Assembly (NCBI RefSeq): GCF_000485595.1
Contig: NW_014577080.1
Span: 1-40,444 of the forward strand
Reading direction: 5' to 3'
DNA length: 40,444 bases
From: Priapulus caudatus
Taxonomy: Eukaryota
In this document: piece by piece, positions 1 to 11,055 of the stretch
Numbering within the stretch: the stretch's first letter is position 1
How the letters are laid out: each line of letters starts with the position of its first letter
The notes under the pieces: model-generated
Databases searched by the model: none
Told to the model about the DNA's origin: nothing
What the model saw: only the letters and a program-made list of their open reading frames with translations
Program-made: the position numbers and the translations under genes

Positions 1-2130
1 TTTACCCTCCTATGGGCACCCAGGTTAAGATATAATTTGAGCAAACAATTCCAGACGGGTCCGAGATTACCCCAGTCTGAATTTACCCCCCTATGGGCAC
101 CCAGGTTAAGATATAATTTGCGCGAACAATTCCAGACCAATCTGAGATTACCCCAGTCTGAATTTACTCGCCTATAGGCACCCGGGGTTAAGATATAATT
201 TGCGCAAACAATTCCAGACCAGTCTGAGATTACCCCAGTCTGAATTTACCCTCCTATGGGCACCCAGATTAAGATATAATTTGCGCGAACAATTCCAGCC
301 CGGTCTGAGATTACGGTAATCTCAGACCGGGCTGAGATTACCCCAATCTGAATGTACCTGCCTATGGGCACCCNGCCTCTGGCCCCCTACTCCTCCTCCC
401 ACGACCTTCTTTCATTCGACTCCATCACCTTTCCCCTACTCCTCCACTCCTTTCCTCCCCCTACTCAAACACCTTCTCCCCTCCTCCTCGTCCAAGCCCC
501 CACTCCTCTCCGAGTGACTTCTTCTTCCGAATCGCCATTACCTTTTTCCTCGCCATCCCCCCTTCCCCTCCTCCTTCCTCCTCTTCCCCTACTCCATCAC
601 CTTCTCCCCTCCCTCTTCCTCCCTCCCTTCTCCCTCTAGCTCCAACACCTTCTCCCCTCCTGCCTCTCTCTAACCATCCTAGGGGCACCCAGGTTTAAGA
701 TATACATTTGCGGCGAACAATTCAACCAGGATCTGAGATTACCCCAGTCTGAATACCCACCTATGCGGCACCCGCGGTTAAGATTCTAATTGCCGCGAAC
801 AATTCCAGACCGGTCTGAGGATTACCCCAGTCTGAATTTACCCACCTATGGGCACCGGGTTAAGAATATAAGGTTGCTGCGAAACAATTCCCAGACCGTC
901 TGAGATTAACCCAGTCTGATCTTTACCCTCCTATGGGCACCCTAGGTTAAGAATATAATTTGCGCAAACAATTCCAGACCGGTCTGAGTATTACCCAGTC
1001 TGAATTTACCCGCCATGTGCCACCCGGCGGCTTAAGATATAAATTTCACGAAAAATTCCAGACCGTCTGAGATTCACCCCAGTCTGAATTTACCCCGATG
1101 CGGCCCTAGGTTAAGATATAATACCTTGCCTGCGAACGTCCTTCACTAACCTAGCATCTTAGACGGTCTGAGATTAACGCCAGTCTAAATGGTTACCTTC
1201 CCAATTGGGCAACCCAGGGGTAGATCTAAATTTGCTGCGAACAATTTCAGGACCGTGCGTCTTTGATCTTAACCCAGTCTGAATTTACCCTCATAGCCCA
1301 CCAGGTAAGCATTATAATTGCGCAAACAATTCCAGACGTCTGAGATTACCCAGTCTGAATTACCCTCCTATTAGGCACCCAGGGTTAAGATCACTTAATT
1401 GCGTGAACAATTGCGACAGTGTGGTGAGATTGACCCAGGTACTGAATTTATCCCGCCTATGTGCACCCGGGTTAAGAATAATTTGGTGACGCGAACAGCA
1501 AACCATTTGCAGACCGGTCTGAGACGACCCGTGCTGAGATTACCCGCCTATGGGCAGCGGGTTAAGATTAATTTGCCCCCACCGACAATTCCAGACCCAG
1601 GTTTGAGACTTACACCAGTCTACATTTACTCTGCCTGAGAGGAACTGGTATAAGACATATTAAAATGGCGACCAGGCGCACATATAATTTCTCCATGAAA
1701 CACGGTACCCCGAGATTATTCCAGTCTGGAAATGTGAGCTTGTTAATGGGCTATCCCGAGTTCACATTATAATTTCTAACTGATACTTTAACGCCGACAC
1801 TTCCAGACCGGTCTGAATTACCCCAGTCTGAATTTAACTTGCCCGCGTTAATCGCGCCTCCTATGGCACCCGGGTAAATATAAATTACGCGAACATATTG
1901 ATCTGAATACGGTTTGAAACTTACTCCCTCAGCTCTGAATCTACGCTACCATATGGCGTACCCAGCTTAAGTGATATAATTTTGGCACTCTATCCGAACA
2001 ATTCCAGGACCGCTGAGATTACTCCGGTCTGAAGTCTTTTAATCCCCTATGCGGCACCAGCGTTAAGTATAATTTGGCGCGAACAATTCCAGGACCGGGT
2101 GATGATTACCAGCGCTGAATTTACCTCCTA
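1..2130. repeat. Tandem satellite, ~81-bp monomer
   Basis: Unit TTTACCCTCCTATGGGCACCCAGGTTAAGATATAATTTGCGCGAACAATTCCAGACCGGTCTGAGATTACCCCAGTCTGAA starts at 1, 82, 163, 245 and continues with increasing indels to ~2130. Confidence 0.95.
375..680. repeat. C/T-rich low-complexity tract interrupting the satellite
   Basis: Strongly pyrimidine-biased (CCT/CTT-like) sequence beginning after an N at 374; satellite resumes at ~680. Confidence 0.8.
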
Positions 2131-3285
2131 CTGCCAGACTAATCTCGACGTTGGCTGCCGGCGTCTCATTCCAGCGCTACGCGCTATGCGTTACGCATGC
2201 GCACGAGGTGCTGGAGGGTATGTTCAGCTGGGATATTCTAGACCGTTTGACACCGGTATGAATGTACATGCACAATAAATAATTAAACAACAGCAAACAT
2301 TAAGGGAGAGTTTACTCTTAGGTTCTAGCGTTATTCAGCCTAATTATGGGCTATAATTACGTACATAAAAGTTTCATGGCATTCATCCCATTAGAAATAT
2401 GTTTAAAATGTTTTAATAACACGACTACAGTTTCATTACAACGATGGTGCCACACTCAATGCCGCACAGCTGATAGAGTTGCCGCAAAACCAATTTCCAG
2501 CCAAGGGCTAGCAGACCGAGGTGTTTCTATTTATTCATTTAAAAGCAAAGGATTGTAAATATTTTTATACCACTATATAGTTTTAGTTATAATTATGGAT
2601 GAAATTTGCCCTTAAATGGATTATCGTTCGTTAGAATGCATATTAGGTATAAATATAATTACACTTTTTGTGTGATTAGCCCGTCGCGTCCTTGTAATCC
2701 TGCAAAATTAAATTTCGTCAGAGATAGGACGCAACTTTTTTTCTGTGTGTTTGCCATATCCCCTGCATTGTTCGCGCGTGTCATAGGCGCTGCTAAATTT
2801 CTGCGATGATGGTCAATTAATACTTATAACAATTAAATTAGGTATGCTGTTAACGATATTACGTGTGGCGTAGTATTATATTTTTATTACAGTATAGTAC
2901 GATTGTTATTCGCTACGCTAAAATTCTAGAGACTACTGTCCTTAAGTAACGGTAAACACCAAATGTATGGCACAGTAACATCTATCATGTGTCGCGTCCA
3001 GTTGTAAATTGCTAACAATCTAATTAAAGATAGTTGCCCATAGTACATATAATTGCAGAGAGCGAATAAAGTTTGTTGTTGCTTGCGTTGGTGGTCTTAG
3101 CTGTGTGCCGTAGCTTCTTTAGTTAGCTTAGATGCTATAGCTCCCGCCCAGATATGTCTTTGTCAGACACAGGATATTAGCTACGTTATAAAGCTAATAG
3201 ATTAAGAAAGCATCAAATGCTCACTGGGTTAACAAAAAATTTTATTCCCAACGCACAAAATGATCGGGCTTTTTAACACTAGCCA

Positions 3286-3617
3286 CCAGCCACTGCGTAT
3301 CTTTTTGAACACTTCCACAACTTTACACCATGTATTTATGCATTTATTCCTAAAAGTCTTAGCACTACTGGTGTTTCGTTTTCAAATGCAGTTGCTCTGC
3401 TTATGTGTATACGCGTGACGTCACCCGAAATGTAGACAAAACACATGGGCAGCTATGATTCAGCCTAGTACATTTCGGGTGACGTCACGCGTATACACAT
3501 AAGCAGAGCAACCGCATTTCAAAACGAAACACCAGTAGTGCTAAGACTTTTAGGAATAAATGCATAAATACATGGTGTAAAGTTGTGGAAGTGTTCAAAA
3601 AGATACGCAGTGGCTGG
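3286..3617. mobile_element. Near-perfect foldback element (149-bp arms, 34-bp loop), MITE-like
   Basis: 3286-3434 (CCAGCCACTGCGTATC...CCCGAAATGTA) is the reverse complement of 3469-3617 with only a couple of mismatches. Confidence 0.85.
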
Positions 3618-3859
3618 AGGTACGGTAGCCGTCGGTCGTTGAAGCCCCTTTTTGGTATTAGGGTTAGGATTAGGATTAGGTTTAAGGTTAGGGTTCTAGC
3701 TCATCTAATCTCTGAAATCGTAAATTTATTTCCCAAGGCGTTATTTCGAAATCTGGCGCCACCGCCGCCATCTTTGTCTCGTTAAGTATGAAAGCGAATG
3801 GACTCCCGTACCCGTAGCCTCGATACATTAAGATACGGCTACCGTACTCGTAGCCACTG
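3608..3859. mobile_element. Short TIR element with internal TTAGGG-like repeats
   Basis: CAGTGGCTGGAGGTACGGTAGCCGT at 3608 and inverted ACGGCTACCGTACTCGTAGCCACTG ending 3859; core TTAGGGTTAGGATTAGGATTAGGTTTAAGGTTAGGG. Confidence 0.55.
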
Positions 3860-4058
3860 CCAAAAAGATCGGTGAGATGTCCATGTAGATAAATAAGTGT
3901 TAAAAAGTCCTATCGTTTTGTGTTTTGGGGATAAATTTTGGGTTAGACCAGTTGGAGCATTTAGTGTCTTTACATCTATGGCAGAATGTGCTATAGGCTA
4001 TAGCCCTGCGACAGCTATCCGCGGGCTATAGTACTAGAGCTAGTTGTGCAGCAGATAA

Positions 4059-4187
4059 GGTCTATGTCCCCCTGACCTGTTTGACCTGGCTCGTTTAGCT
4101 ATTTCTGACTAATATATATATATAGGGTTAGGGTTAGTCAGAATCAGCTAAACGAGCCAGGTCAAAGAGGTCAGGGAGACATAGACC
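4059..4187. mobile_element. Hairpin MITE-like element with (TA)n + TTAGGG loop
   Basis: ~55-bp arms GGTCTATGTCCCCCTGACC...CTGACTAA / TTAGTCAG...GGTCAGGGAGACATAGACC. Confidence 0.7.
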
Positions 4188-4497
4188 CTACGAGCGGTGG
4201 TGCCTGGTGGTCGTGGTGTTGACAATCCGACCTGCAGACTCAGTGCAAAGTTATAGTACGGTATTAACTGGATTAATCTCGACTTCTTCTTTTATTATAA
4301 TTACACACAGTTCCTTGGAGTCCTTTCCGTCTTCGATATATAGTCCCTTGGACTTTGAAGACTATTACTTACAAGGTTACGAGGAGTTCTCAGTTCATGA
4401 AACTGAGAGAGAGTGAGGCCATTTGCATTGTCGTGCGCGCCATCTAACGAGCACTTAAATAAACAATTCGGANNNNNNNNNNNNNNNNNNNNNNNNN

Positions 4498-4826
4498 AGA
4501 GAGAGAGAGAGAGAGAGAGAGTGAGAGAGGAAGAGATCGAGTGGGCAGAGACATATGAAGAGAGAGGGGGCAGAGGGAGGAATTAACAGAGAGGGAGACA
4601 GACAGAGGAAGAGAGAGAAAGGGAGGGACAGAGAAAGAAAAATGGAGGGAAAGAGAGAGAGGAAGAGAGAGAGAAGGCAGAGAGAAAGAGAGCGGCAGAG
4701 AGAGAGAGAGATAGAAAAAAAGGGGCAGAGAGAGGGAGGGACAGAGCGAGGAAGAGAGAGGAGGACAGAGAGAAGAAGAGAGAGGGAGACAGAGAGAAAG
4801 AGAGGAGGCAGAGAGAGAAAGAGAGG

Positions 4827-4862
<36 letters not shown>

Positions 4863-5198
4863 GGCAGAGAGAGGGAGGGACAGCTAGAGCGAGGAAGAGA
4901 GAGGAGGACAGAGAGAAAGAGAGGAGGCAGAGAGAGAAAGAGAGAGGCAGAGAGAGAGAGAGAGAGTGTGTGTAGAAAAGAGAGGGACAGAGAGAGAAAG
5001 AGAGGGGCAGAGAGAAGAAAGGACAGAAAGAGAAAGAGAGAGAAAGAGGAAGAGAGAGAGGGGGACAGCGAGAGAAAGAGAGAGGAGGACAGAGAGAGAG
5101 AGAGTGGGGAAGAGAGGAAGAGAGAGAGAGGGGGCGACAGAGAGAGAACGAGCGAGGGGCAGAGAGAGAAAGAAAGGAGCAGAGAGAGAAAGAGATGA

Positions 5199-5236
<38 letters not shown>

Positions 5237-5370
5237 TGAGGGTAACAGAGAGAGAAAGTGAGAGACAGAGAAAGGAAAGAGAGAGGGGTAGAGAAAGAAA
5301 GAGTGAGAAAGAGAGGGGGTAGAGAGAGAGAAAGAGTGAGAAAGAGAGAGGGAAAAGGGGAGGCAGAGAC
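4498..5370. repeat. GA-rich microsatellite/low-complexity tract
   Basis: (GA)n with GGGGCA/GGGACA interruptions; it accounts for the spurious R/E- and S/L-rich ORFs. Confidence 0.95.
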
Positions 5371-5608
5371 AATGTGGCGCCCTCTAGTGATAATCAGGAG
5401 CTGGTTCACTTCGCAGGTGCAACTCACACGTCCGTATATATAACAGCTACGCGGTGCGTGACATGTACAAAAAAATTATAATAAATATCTGTAAGTGTAA
5501 GATAGCAGCTACGCGTAGTATGACGTATATGCCGGTGTGTGATACATGTAAGTATGAACGCGGAACTGCCTGTGCATCTCAACCACGACTGCATATATAA
5601 AATGTAAC

Positions 5609-5705
5609 TTATTACATCCGCCCAACGGAGTTGTGGAGGAGGTTATGTTTTCGGTCTCGTTGCGTGTGTTCGTGTGTTCGCGCGATCGATATTACCGAGC
5701 CAGCA
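5609..5705 (+). mobile_element. 5' end of a HINE/Helentron-associated-like non-autonomous repeat, interrupted by the LTR
   Basis: TTATTACATCCGCC...GGAGGTTATGTTTTCGG followed by short GTGTGTTC repeats resembles, from recall, the TTATTACCTCCGCC..GGAGGTTATGTTTT termini of such elements; ends exactly at the LTR TG. Confidence 0.45.
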
Positions 5706-6697
5706 TGTAACGCTGCAAAGCGTTACAGGCTAGTAGAGCCACTAATTCCCCCCCCCCCTACCGACGCAGTACGGAGGAAATAGCGCATAGATATTACACG
5801 CGGCAATGATGCCGCCTGCTATATGGGCCTAATTAGTGTGGCGCATCAGCGCATAGATATTTACACGCAGGCAATATACCCTGCCTATGGGGGCGCTAAT
5901 TAGTGTAGCGCATAGGGCGTATAGATATTACACGCGGCGATATTGCCGCCCGCCGATAGGGCCCGATTGTTTTTGTTGTGTAGGCACGTCGGCATCCAGG
6001 GTATTGCGGCCTGACGGTTTCATATCTGGATGTTGCGCGCTGCAGCATGAGCGGACGCAATTAGAAGCGGGCGGCTTCACATATCGCTTCATATCTGGAT
6101 CACTGTGCTGTGCGCATACACGTGAGGGTCAAATTAGAGCAGCCGGTATTGCTTCATATCTTGGATACTTGTGCGTCACACATGAGGGGAGCCTAATTAG
6201 AAGCAGCAGCGGCTTCACATCACGAGGTCATGATACATGCCTCGTGTGTAAGGCCGGCGTTTCTAGTGACCGTTATCGGTTTGTAATGGTTTGTTGACGC
6301 GACGTTGGACGGTTTAGTTCGTAGCCTTAATCGGCTTATAATTGGCCTGTTGACGCCCCGCGTGAGCCGGCTTTAGTGACCTTAATCGGTTTAATAAATT
6401 TTGCGCTGTTGACCACCAATATGACGGCTGCTCAGGGGATGAGTCCACACATGCGGCGCGGGCGTGCCTAGTGGGTATTAAAAGCCGGAGCGCTGACGGT
6501 ATCTGGAGGACTCCGTCAGCAACCGGGCTCACGACAGGCACGACCGAGCATGTAATCTTCGTAACTTCCCAAATAAAGTACTTCTAGTCATGGTAAATTC
6601 TGACTTCTATTATCGTATATGTGTTTTGGCTTCACACACATTCTACTTCATACATTAACAATAGCTCAACACACTAGCGTTAAAACTAAACGTTACA
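5706..6697 (+). mobile_element. 5' LTR (copy 1) of a Ty3/Gypsy element
   Basis: TGTAACG...CGTTACA 7-bp terminal inverted repeat; TATA-like TATTAAAA 6476-6483; AATAAA 6572-6577; related copy at 11056-12139; followed by PBS-like site and gag. Confidence 0.9.
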
Positions 6698-6724
6698 TTG
6701 ATGCGTGTGAGAGCGATTCGAACC
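6698..6724 (+). promoter_or_regulatory. Putative primer-binding site (tRNA 3'-end complement)
   Basis: Directly after the LTR; copy 2 reads TGGCGTGTGAGAGCGATTCGAACC (12144-12167), whose reverse complement GGTTCGAATC...CGCCA has a tRNA T-loop and CCA end. Confidence 0.6.
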
Positions 6725-7276
6725 TGGTTGCGCGGCTACTCCCTTGGTACTACCGCTACACGATCACTCGGCCATAGCATCGTGCCAAGCACCGTCACAT
6801 TAGCGTCTACCGCTTCTGACTGACGATCCGGGTACAGCACTGCACAGACGTCCACGTGAGTAAAGCTAACCTTTGCCGGTTTTGACTTACGAGATTAAGT
6901 TATTTACTGTAGTATTACAGTAGTATTGCTGTGGTTTACTGTAATATTACTGTTCCCCACCCATTACTGTCGCCGTTTTCCTTGCTTAGGCGCGTCGGGT
7001 ACGAACGTCATGTACACTACGACGGCCTAACAGCTTCATAATCGTCCTCCACCCTCCCCCCTCCTCCTCCCCTTCGTCCTGTCACTCGTAGTCCCGGTTA
7101 CGTCATTCATCGTTACTGTACGTGCGTGTATCGGTCTATCACGCGTGTGCGTGTGGGCGCGTGCGTGTGTGCGTGCCCGCCTCTGTAACTCGCCTGTGGT
7201 GCGCGCGCAAAACGCGCTTTTGTTGTGCGCGCGTTTACCTGTGTCTGTCGGGGACAGCTTTAACCCCGCTTCTGTT

Positions 7277-8440
7277 ATGACTACGCCGCCGCCCGCACAA
7301 TACGACATAGCCGATTTGGCCCACGTATTTAGCGAATCGTTACGCCCAACCGTTGAATCGGCAGCAGCTACATTTCAGCATGGGTTACGTGTCGCGGAAG
7401 CTCGGACTTCCGTCCCGCGATTTACTGGCGATAACGCGCCACTGTCGATAACATTCGACGACTGGCTTAGTACTCTGAATTGGAGACAGTTGGAATTGTG
7501 TCTCGACGCTACGTCGTTACGCGTTTTTGGACTGTCGACGCTTGGAGGTCATGCTGCTGAGTTTTCTCGCCGCCTCCTTCTTGAGCGGCCGTCTATGACT
7601 TGGGAACAGATTACCGAACAGCTCATTAAACGCTTCCGCGATCCGCTGAGAGAAGTAGATGCGCAAAATGCGCTTAAAAATTTCCAGCAGTATAATGGCG
7701 AACATATTCGCCCATATGGCGACAGGCTGCTGACTCTCGCATTGCGAGCGATTCCAGCCGAACGACTATCGACAGCTGAGACTCAGAGCCGTCTCGTCGA
7801 TATTTTTTTGGATGGTTTGAGATCGGTCCATACACAGCGATTGCTGCTTCATCGCTCACCTACAACGCTAACCGACGCTATCGATCTTGCGGCAGATGAA
7901 CACGTGCTAGAGTCATCTCTAGTGGCACGGCGACACAACCGTGGCGACGCGTTCACTGACCCCTATGACACGACGGAACCTATGGACGTTAACGCGATGC
8001 AACGCCCAACGCCATCGGATCTCATTAGAGAGGTGCGCAGTTTGCGCACCTTCATTACTCAGGCAGTGCCACAGGTTCGGCAGCCAGTGACGAATGAGAC
8101 AACCCGAGACACGACACGACGGCCCCCGCGCCAACAACGTTTACAAGCGCCCGCGCCCTCTGATGGCTCGCTACGTTCGCGCCCATGGCAACCCCCCCTC
8201 ACAGGACGCGATCAACGTCCACCCGTTCGGAATCAGGCTTATCTGCCATCGGCTTCGCGCCAACGTGCGCCATCTCAATCTTCGGCGACGGCGCCTACAC
8301 AACAACAACGCGACACTCGTTGTTATGCGTGTGGCGAACCAGGTCACTACGCGCGTGATTGCCCTCTTCGCAATCATTTTGAGGATTTTCGGCGGCGCCC
8401 TCGCGACGCAATCGCACCGCCGTACCCCCACGACTTTTAA
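7277..8440 (+). CDS. gag: Ty3/Gypsy Gag (capsid-like region plus CCHC nucleocapsid), 387 aa from the ATG
   Basis: Uninterrupted ORF; VPRFTGD, TWEQITEQLIKRF, FLDGL, EPMDVN motif and zinc knuckle CYACGEPGHYARDC. Confidence 0.92.
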   Translation: MTTPPPAQYDIADLAHVFSESLRPTVESAAATFQHGLRVAEARTSVPRFTGDNAPLSITFDDWLSTLNWRQLELCLDATSLRVFGLSTLGGHAAEFSRRLLLERPSMTWEQITEQLIKRFRDPLREVDAQNALKNFQQYNGEHIRPYGDRLLTLALRAIPAERLSTAETQSRLVDIFLDGLRSVHTQRLLLHRSPTTLTDAIDLAADEHVLESSLVARRHNRGDAFTDPYDTTEPMDVNAMQRPTPSDLIREVRSLRTFITQAVPQVRQPVTNETTRDTTRRPPRQQRLQAPAPSDGSLRSRPWQPPLTGRDQRPPVRNQAYLPSASRQRAPSQSSATAPTQQQRDTRCYACGEPGHYARDCPLRNHFEDFRRRPRDAIAPPYPHDF

Positions 8441-9433
8441 GCAAGCATGTATCTGCTGTGCAGGGATCGCCGACTACTGCTGTGTCTCCGGCACCAACGT
8501 GCAGTGTCACAATTGGCTCACTTTTGTTTCTCGCACTCATTGACAGCGGTAGCGATTGTACACTTATTGATATGGCTGCATGGCTCCGCCTACCGTCGCA
8601 CATACGCGCGACTGCAAATTTCAATGCCGTCTGCGCAACGGATGCCACGCTTCTTTCCGTCACAGGCGATAGACTACACCTTGTAGGCACCGCCACTCTG
8701 CGCATTTTACTAGGACGGGTCGGCACCCTCCATAAATGCTACGTAGTCCGCAATTTAAAGCAGCAGTTCATAATAGGAGCCGACTTCCTTTCGGCTAATC
8801 GAGTAAACATCGATTTTGACCGCGGGGTGCTCGCACTAGGCAATAGTGTGGTCCCTTTGAAACTTCGTCAAGGCACGCGATTACTCCCCACCCCTCAACT
8901 CGCATTCATTGACCATTCGACTGTGTTGCCCCCTCATTCGGGCCAACAGTGCTACTGCCGCGTCCCCCGCCATTTTCGTCCGGGTACGCTTCTCTTTGTT
9001 CAGGGATCTCCAGCCTTTAAGTTGTTTCGTAGCAACCCCCACCTTATACTACTGCCTTCTCTAGTCGAAGTCACATCGAGGCACACGATTCTTTGCTGGC
9101 TCGACAATCGTTCAGATCGAGCTATCTCGTTACCTCATAACGCTGTTGTTGCCATAATTGAGGCCACCACCCCTCACCACATACAGCTCATTGCGTCCAC
9201 GCCTCACGATGTTACAGCGCCACCACACGATAATGCAACCCCGCTTTTCGACTATAATTCACTCGTAGACCACATTAAAGATTCCCGCCAGCGGGCAATG
9301 CTTCTCAAATTCTTGCGCCAGCATGACGATTCATTTGCGCATACAGACGCTCAGCTAGGGTGTACGCATCTCCGGCGTGCTCTTAGTTAAGAAAAAGACA
9401 GGCGAGTAACGCATGTGTGTCGACTATCGACGC
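8383..9433 (+). pseudogene. pol: pol 5' part in the -1 frame: aspartic protease, spacer domain, disrupted start of reverse transcriptase; truncated by gap
   Basis: ALIDSGSDCTLI active site and IIGADFL; after LGCTHL the sequence jumps in another frame to LVKKKTGE*RMCVDYR (RT N-terminal motif with a stop), implying a deletion; N-gap from 9434. Confidence 0.88.
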
Positions 9434-10245
9434 NNNNNNNNNNNNNNNNNNNNNNNNNNNNNNNNNNNNNNNNNNNNNNNNNNNNNNNNNNNNNNNNNNN
9501 NNNNNNNNNNNNNNNNNNNNNNNNNNNNNNNNNNNNNNNNNNNNNNNNNNNNNNNNNNNNNNNNNNNNNNNNNNNNNNNNNNNNNNNNNNNNNNNNNNNN
9601 NNNNNNNNNNNNNNNNNNNNNNNNNNNNNNNNNNNNNNNNNNNNNNNNNNNNNNNNNNNNNNNNNNNNNNNNNNNNNNNNNNNNNNNNNNNNNNNNNNNN
9701 NNNNNNNNNNNNNNNNNNNNNNNNNNNNNNNNNNNNNNNNNNNNNNNNNNNNNNNNNNNNNNNNNNNNNNNNNNNNNNNNNNNNNNNNNNNNNNNNNNNN
9801 NNNNNNNNNNNNNNNNNNNNNNNNNNNNNNNNNNNNNNNNNNNNNNNNNNNNNNNNNNNNNNNNNNNNNNNNNNNNNNNNNNNNNNNNNNNNNNNNNNNN
9901 NNNNNNNNNNNNNNNNNNNNNNNNNNNNNNNNNNNNNNNNNNNNNNNNNNNNNNNNNNNNNNNNNNNNNNNNNNNNNNNNNNNNNNNNNNNNNNNNNNNN
10001 NNNNNNNNNNNNNNNNNNNNNNNNNNNNNNNNNNNNNNNNNNNNNNNNNNNNNNNNNNNNNNNNNNNNNNNNNNNNNNNNNNNNNNNNNNNNNNNNNNNN
10101 NNNNNNNNNNNNNNNNNNNNNNNNNNNNNNNNNNNNNNNNNNNNNNNNNNNNNNNNNNNNNNNNNNNNNNNNNNNNNNNNNNNNNNNNNNNNNNNNNNNN
10201 NNNNNNNNNNNNNNNNNNNNNNNNNNNNNNNNNNNNNNNNNNNNN
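9434..10245. other. Assembly gap (other gaps: 4473-4497, 15337-15346, 16931-17043, 24644-24668)
   Basis: Runs of N. Confidence 1.
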
Positions 10246-10327
10246 TAGTTATTTCCAATTAAAAATTTATTAATTGTGATGTACGCGCCATCTGGTGGTG
10301 TAAATTTAAATCTAACACATCTGTGCG
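10246..10327. repeat. 82-bp segment duplicated in inverted orientation at 13227-13308
   Basis: TAGTTATTTCCAATT...CTAACACATCTGTGCG is the exact reverse complement of 13227-13308. Confidence 0.9.
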
Positions 10328-10714
10328 TTACCCTATGGAAATTACTCTACGTCACGAATTTTCTATGGGAAAATTTGTAAAATTTTTGTTGCCATTTTTT
10401 TACATTAAAAATAAGAACTAACGGCCTAAACGTATCGTCAAATTCTTAACCTGATAAGATGTGTTTTCTCAACTAGTTAAAAATCCAAAAACCTGGACGA
10501 TTTTGATATTAGTGTTCATAACATTAATTGCTTGCTATGGGCTATGTATGAGTCACGAGTGTATGTTCACATCGAACAATATACGTAAAAATAAGAAGTA
10601 TAATGCAGCAATTTAACCATAAAAAGTAACAGAATACTTATATTTTGTGAAAAAGTAGAAATTTTTTTTTATTTTTTTTTTGTATTTATGGTCACGTAAT
10701 CACTAACATGACAT

Positions 10715-10960
10715 AATATATACATACATACGTATATATAATATATATATATATATAGTATCTGTATATATACATATATATATAATATATATATATATAT
10801 ACAGAAAACACACACACATATATATATATATATATACAGATACTATAGGCAGATAATATATACAGTTTATTAAATTCAGATGAAAGTACAATCTACAATG
10901 GTAGGCCTACATAGGGTCAAATCAGATTGTAGATGAGTTAATGTACAGTATAAACATATA

Positions 10961-11000
<40 letters not shown>

Positions 11001-11055
11001 TATGTATATATACTATATATATATATAAATATATATATATATAAATATATATATA
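10715..11055. repeat. (TA)n-rich microsatellite blocks
   Basis: Two TA-rich tracts, the second abutting LTR copy 2. Confidence 0.9.

Larger units (their letters stand above)
3197..3978. repeat. Older, diverged outer inverted-repeat pair enclosing the foldback
   Basis: ~3197-3280 (ATAGATTAAGAAAGCATCAAATGCTC...GGGCTTTTTAACA) aligns by eye with the reverse complement of ~3897-3978. Confidence 0.6.

Noticed and set aside
1..2130. CRISPR-like array
   Set aside because: Whole 81-bp monomers repeat with no unique spacers, no cas genes, eukaryotic context
3657..3694. Interstitial telomere
   Set aside because: Only a few degenerate TTAGGG units, contained within a TIR element
4444..5443. Long R/E-rich and S/L-rich ORFs
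   Set aside because: Translations of the GA microsatellite
7145..7276. GTG-initiated N-terminal extension of gag
   Set aside because: Low-complexity leader with indels in copy 2; ATG 7277 is the more plausible start
9383..10273. ORFs of ~280-290 aa
   Set aside because: Composed of N-gap
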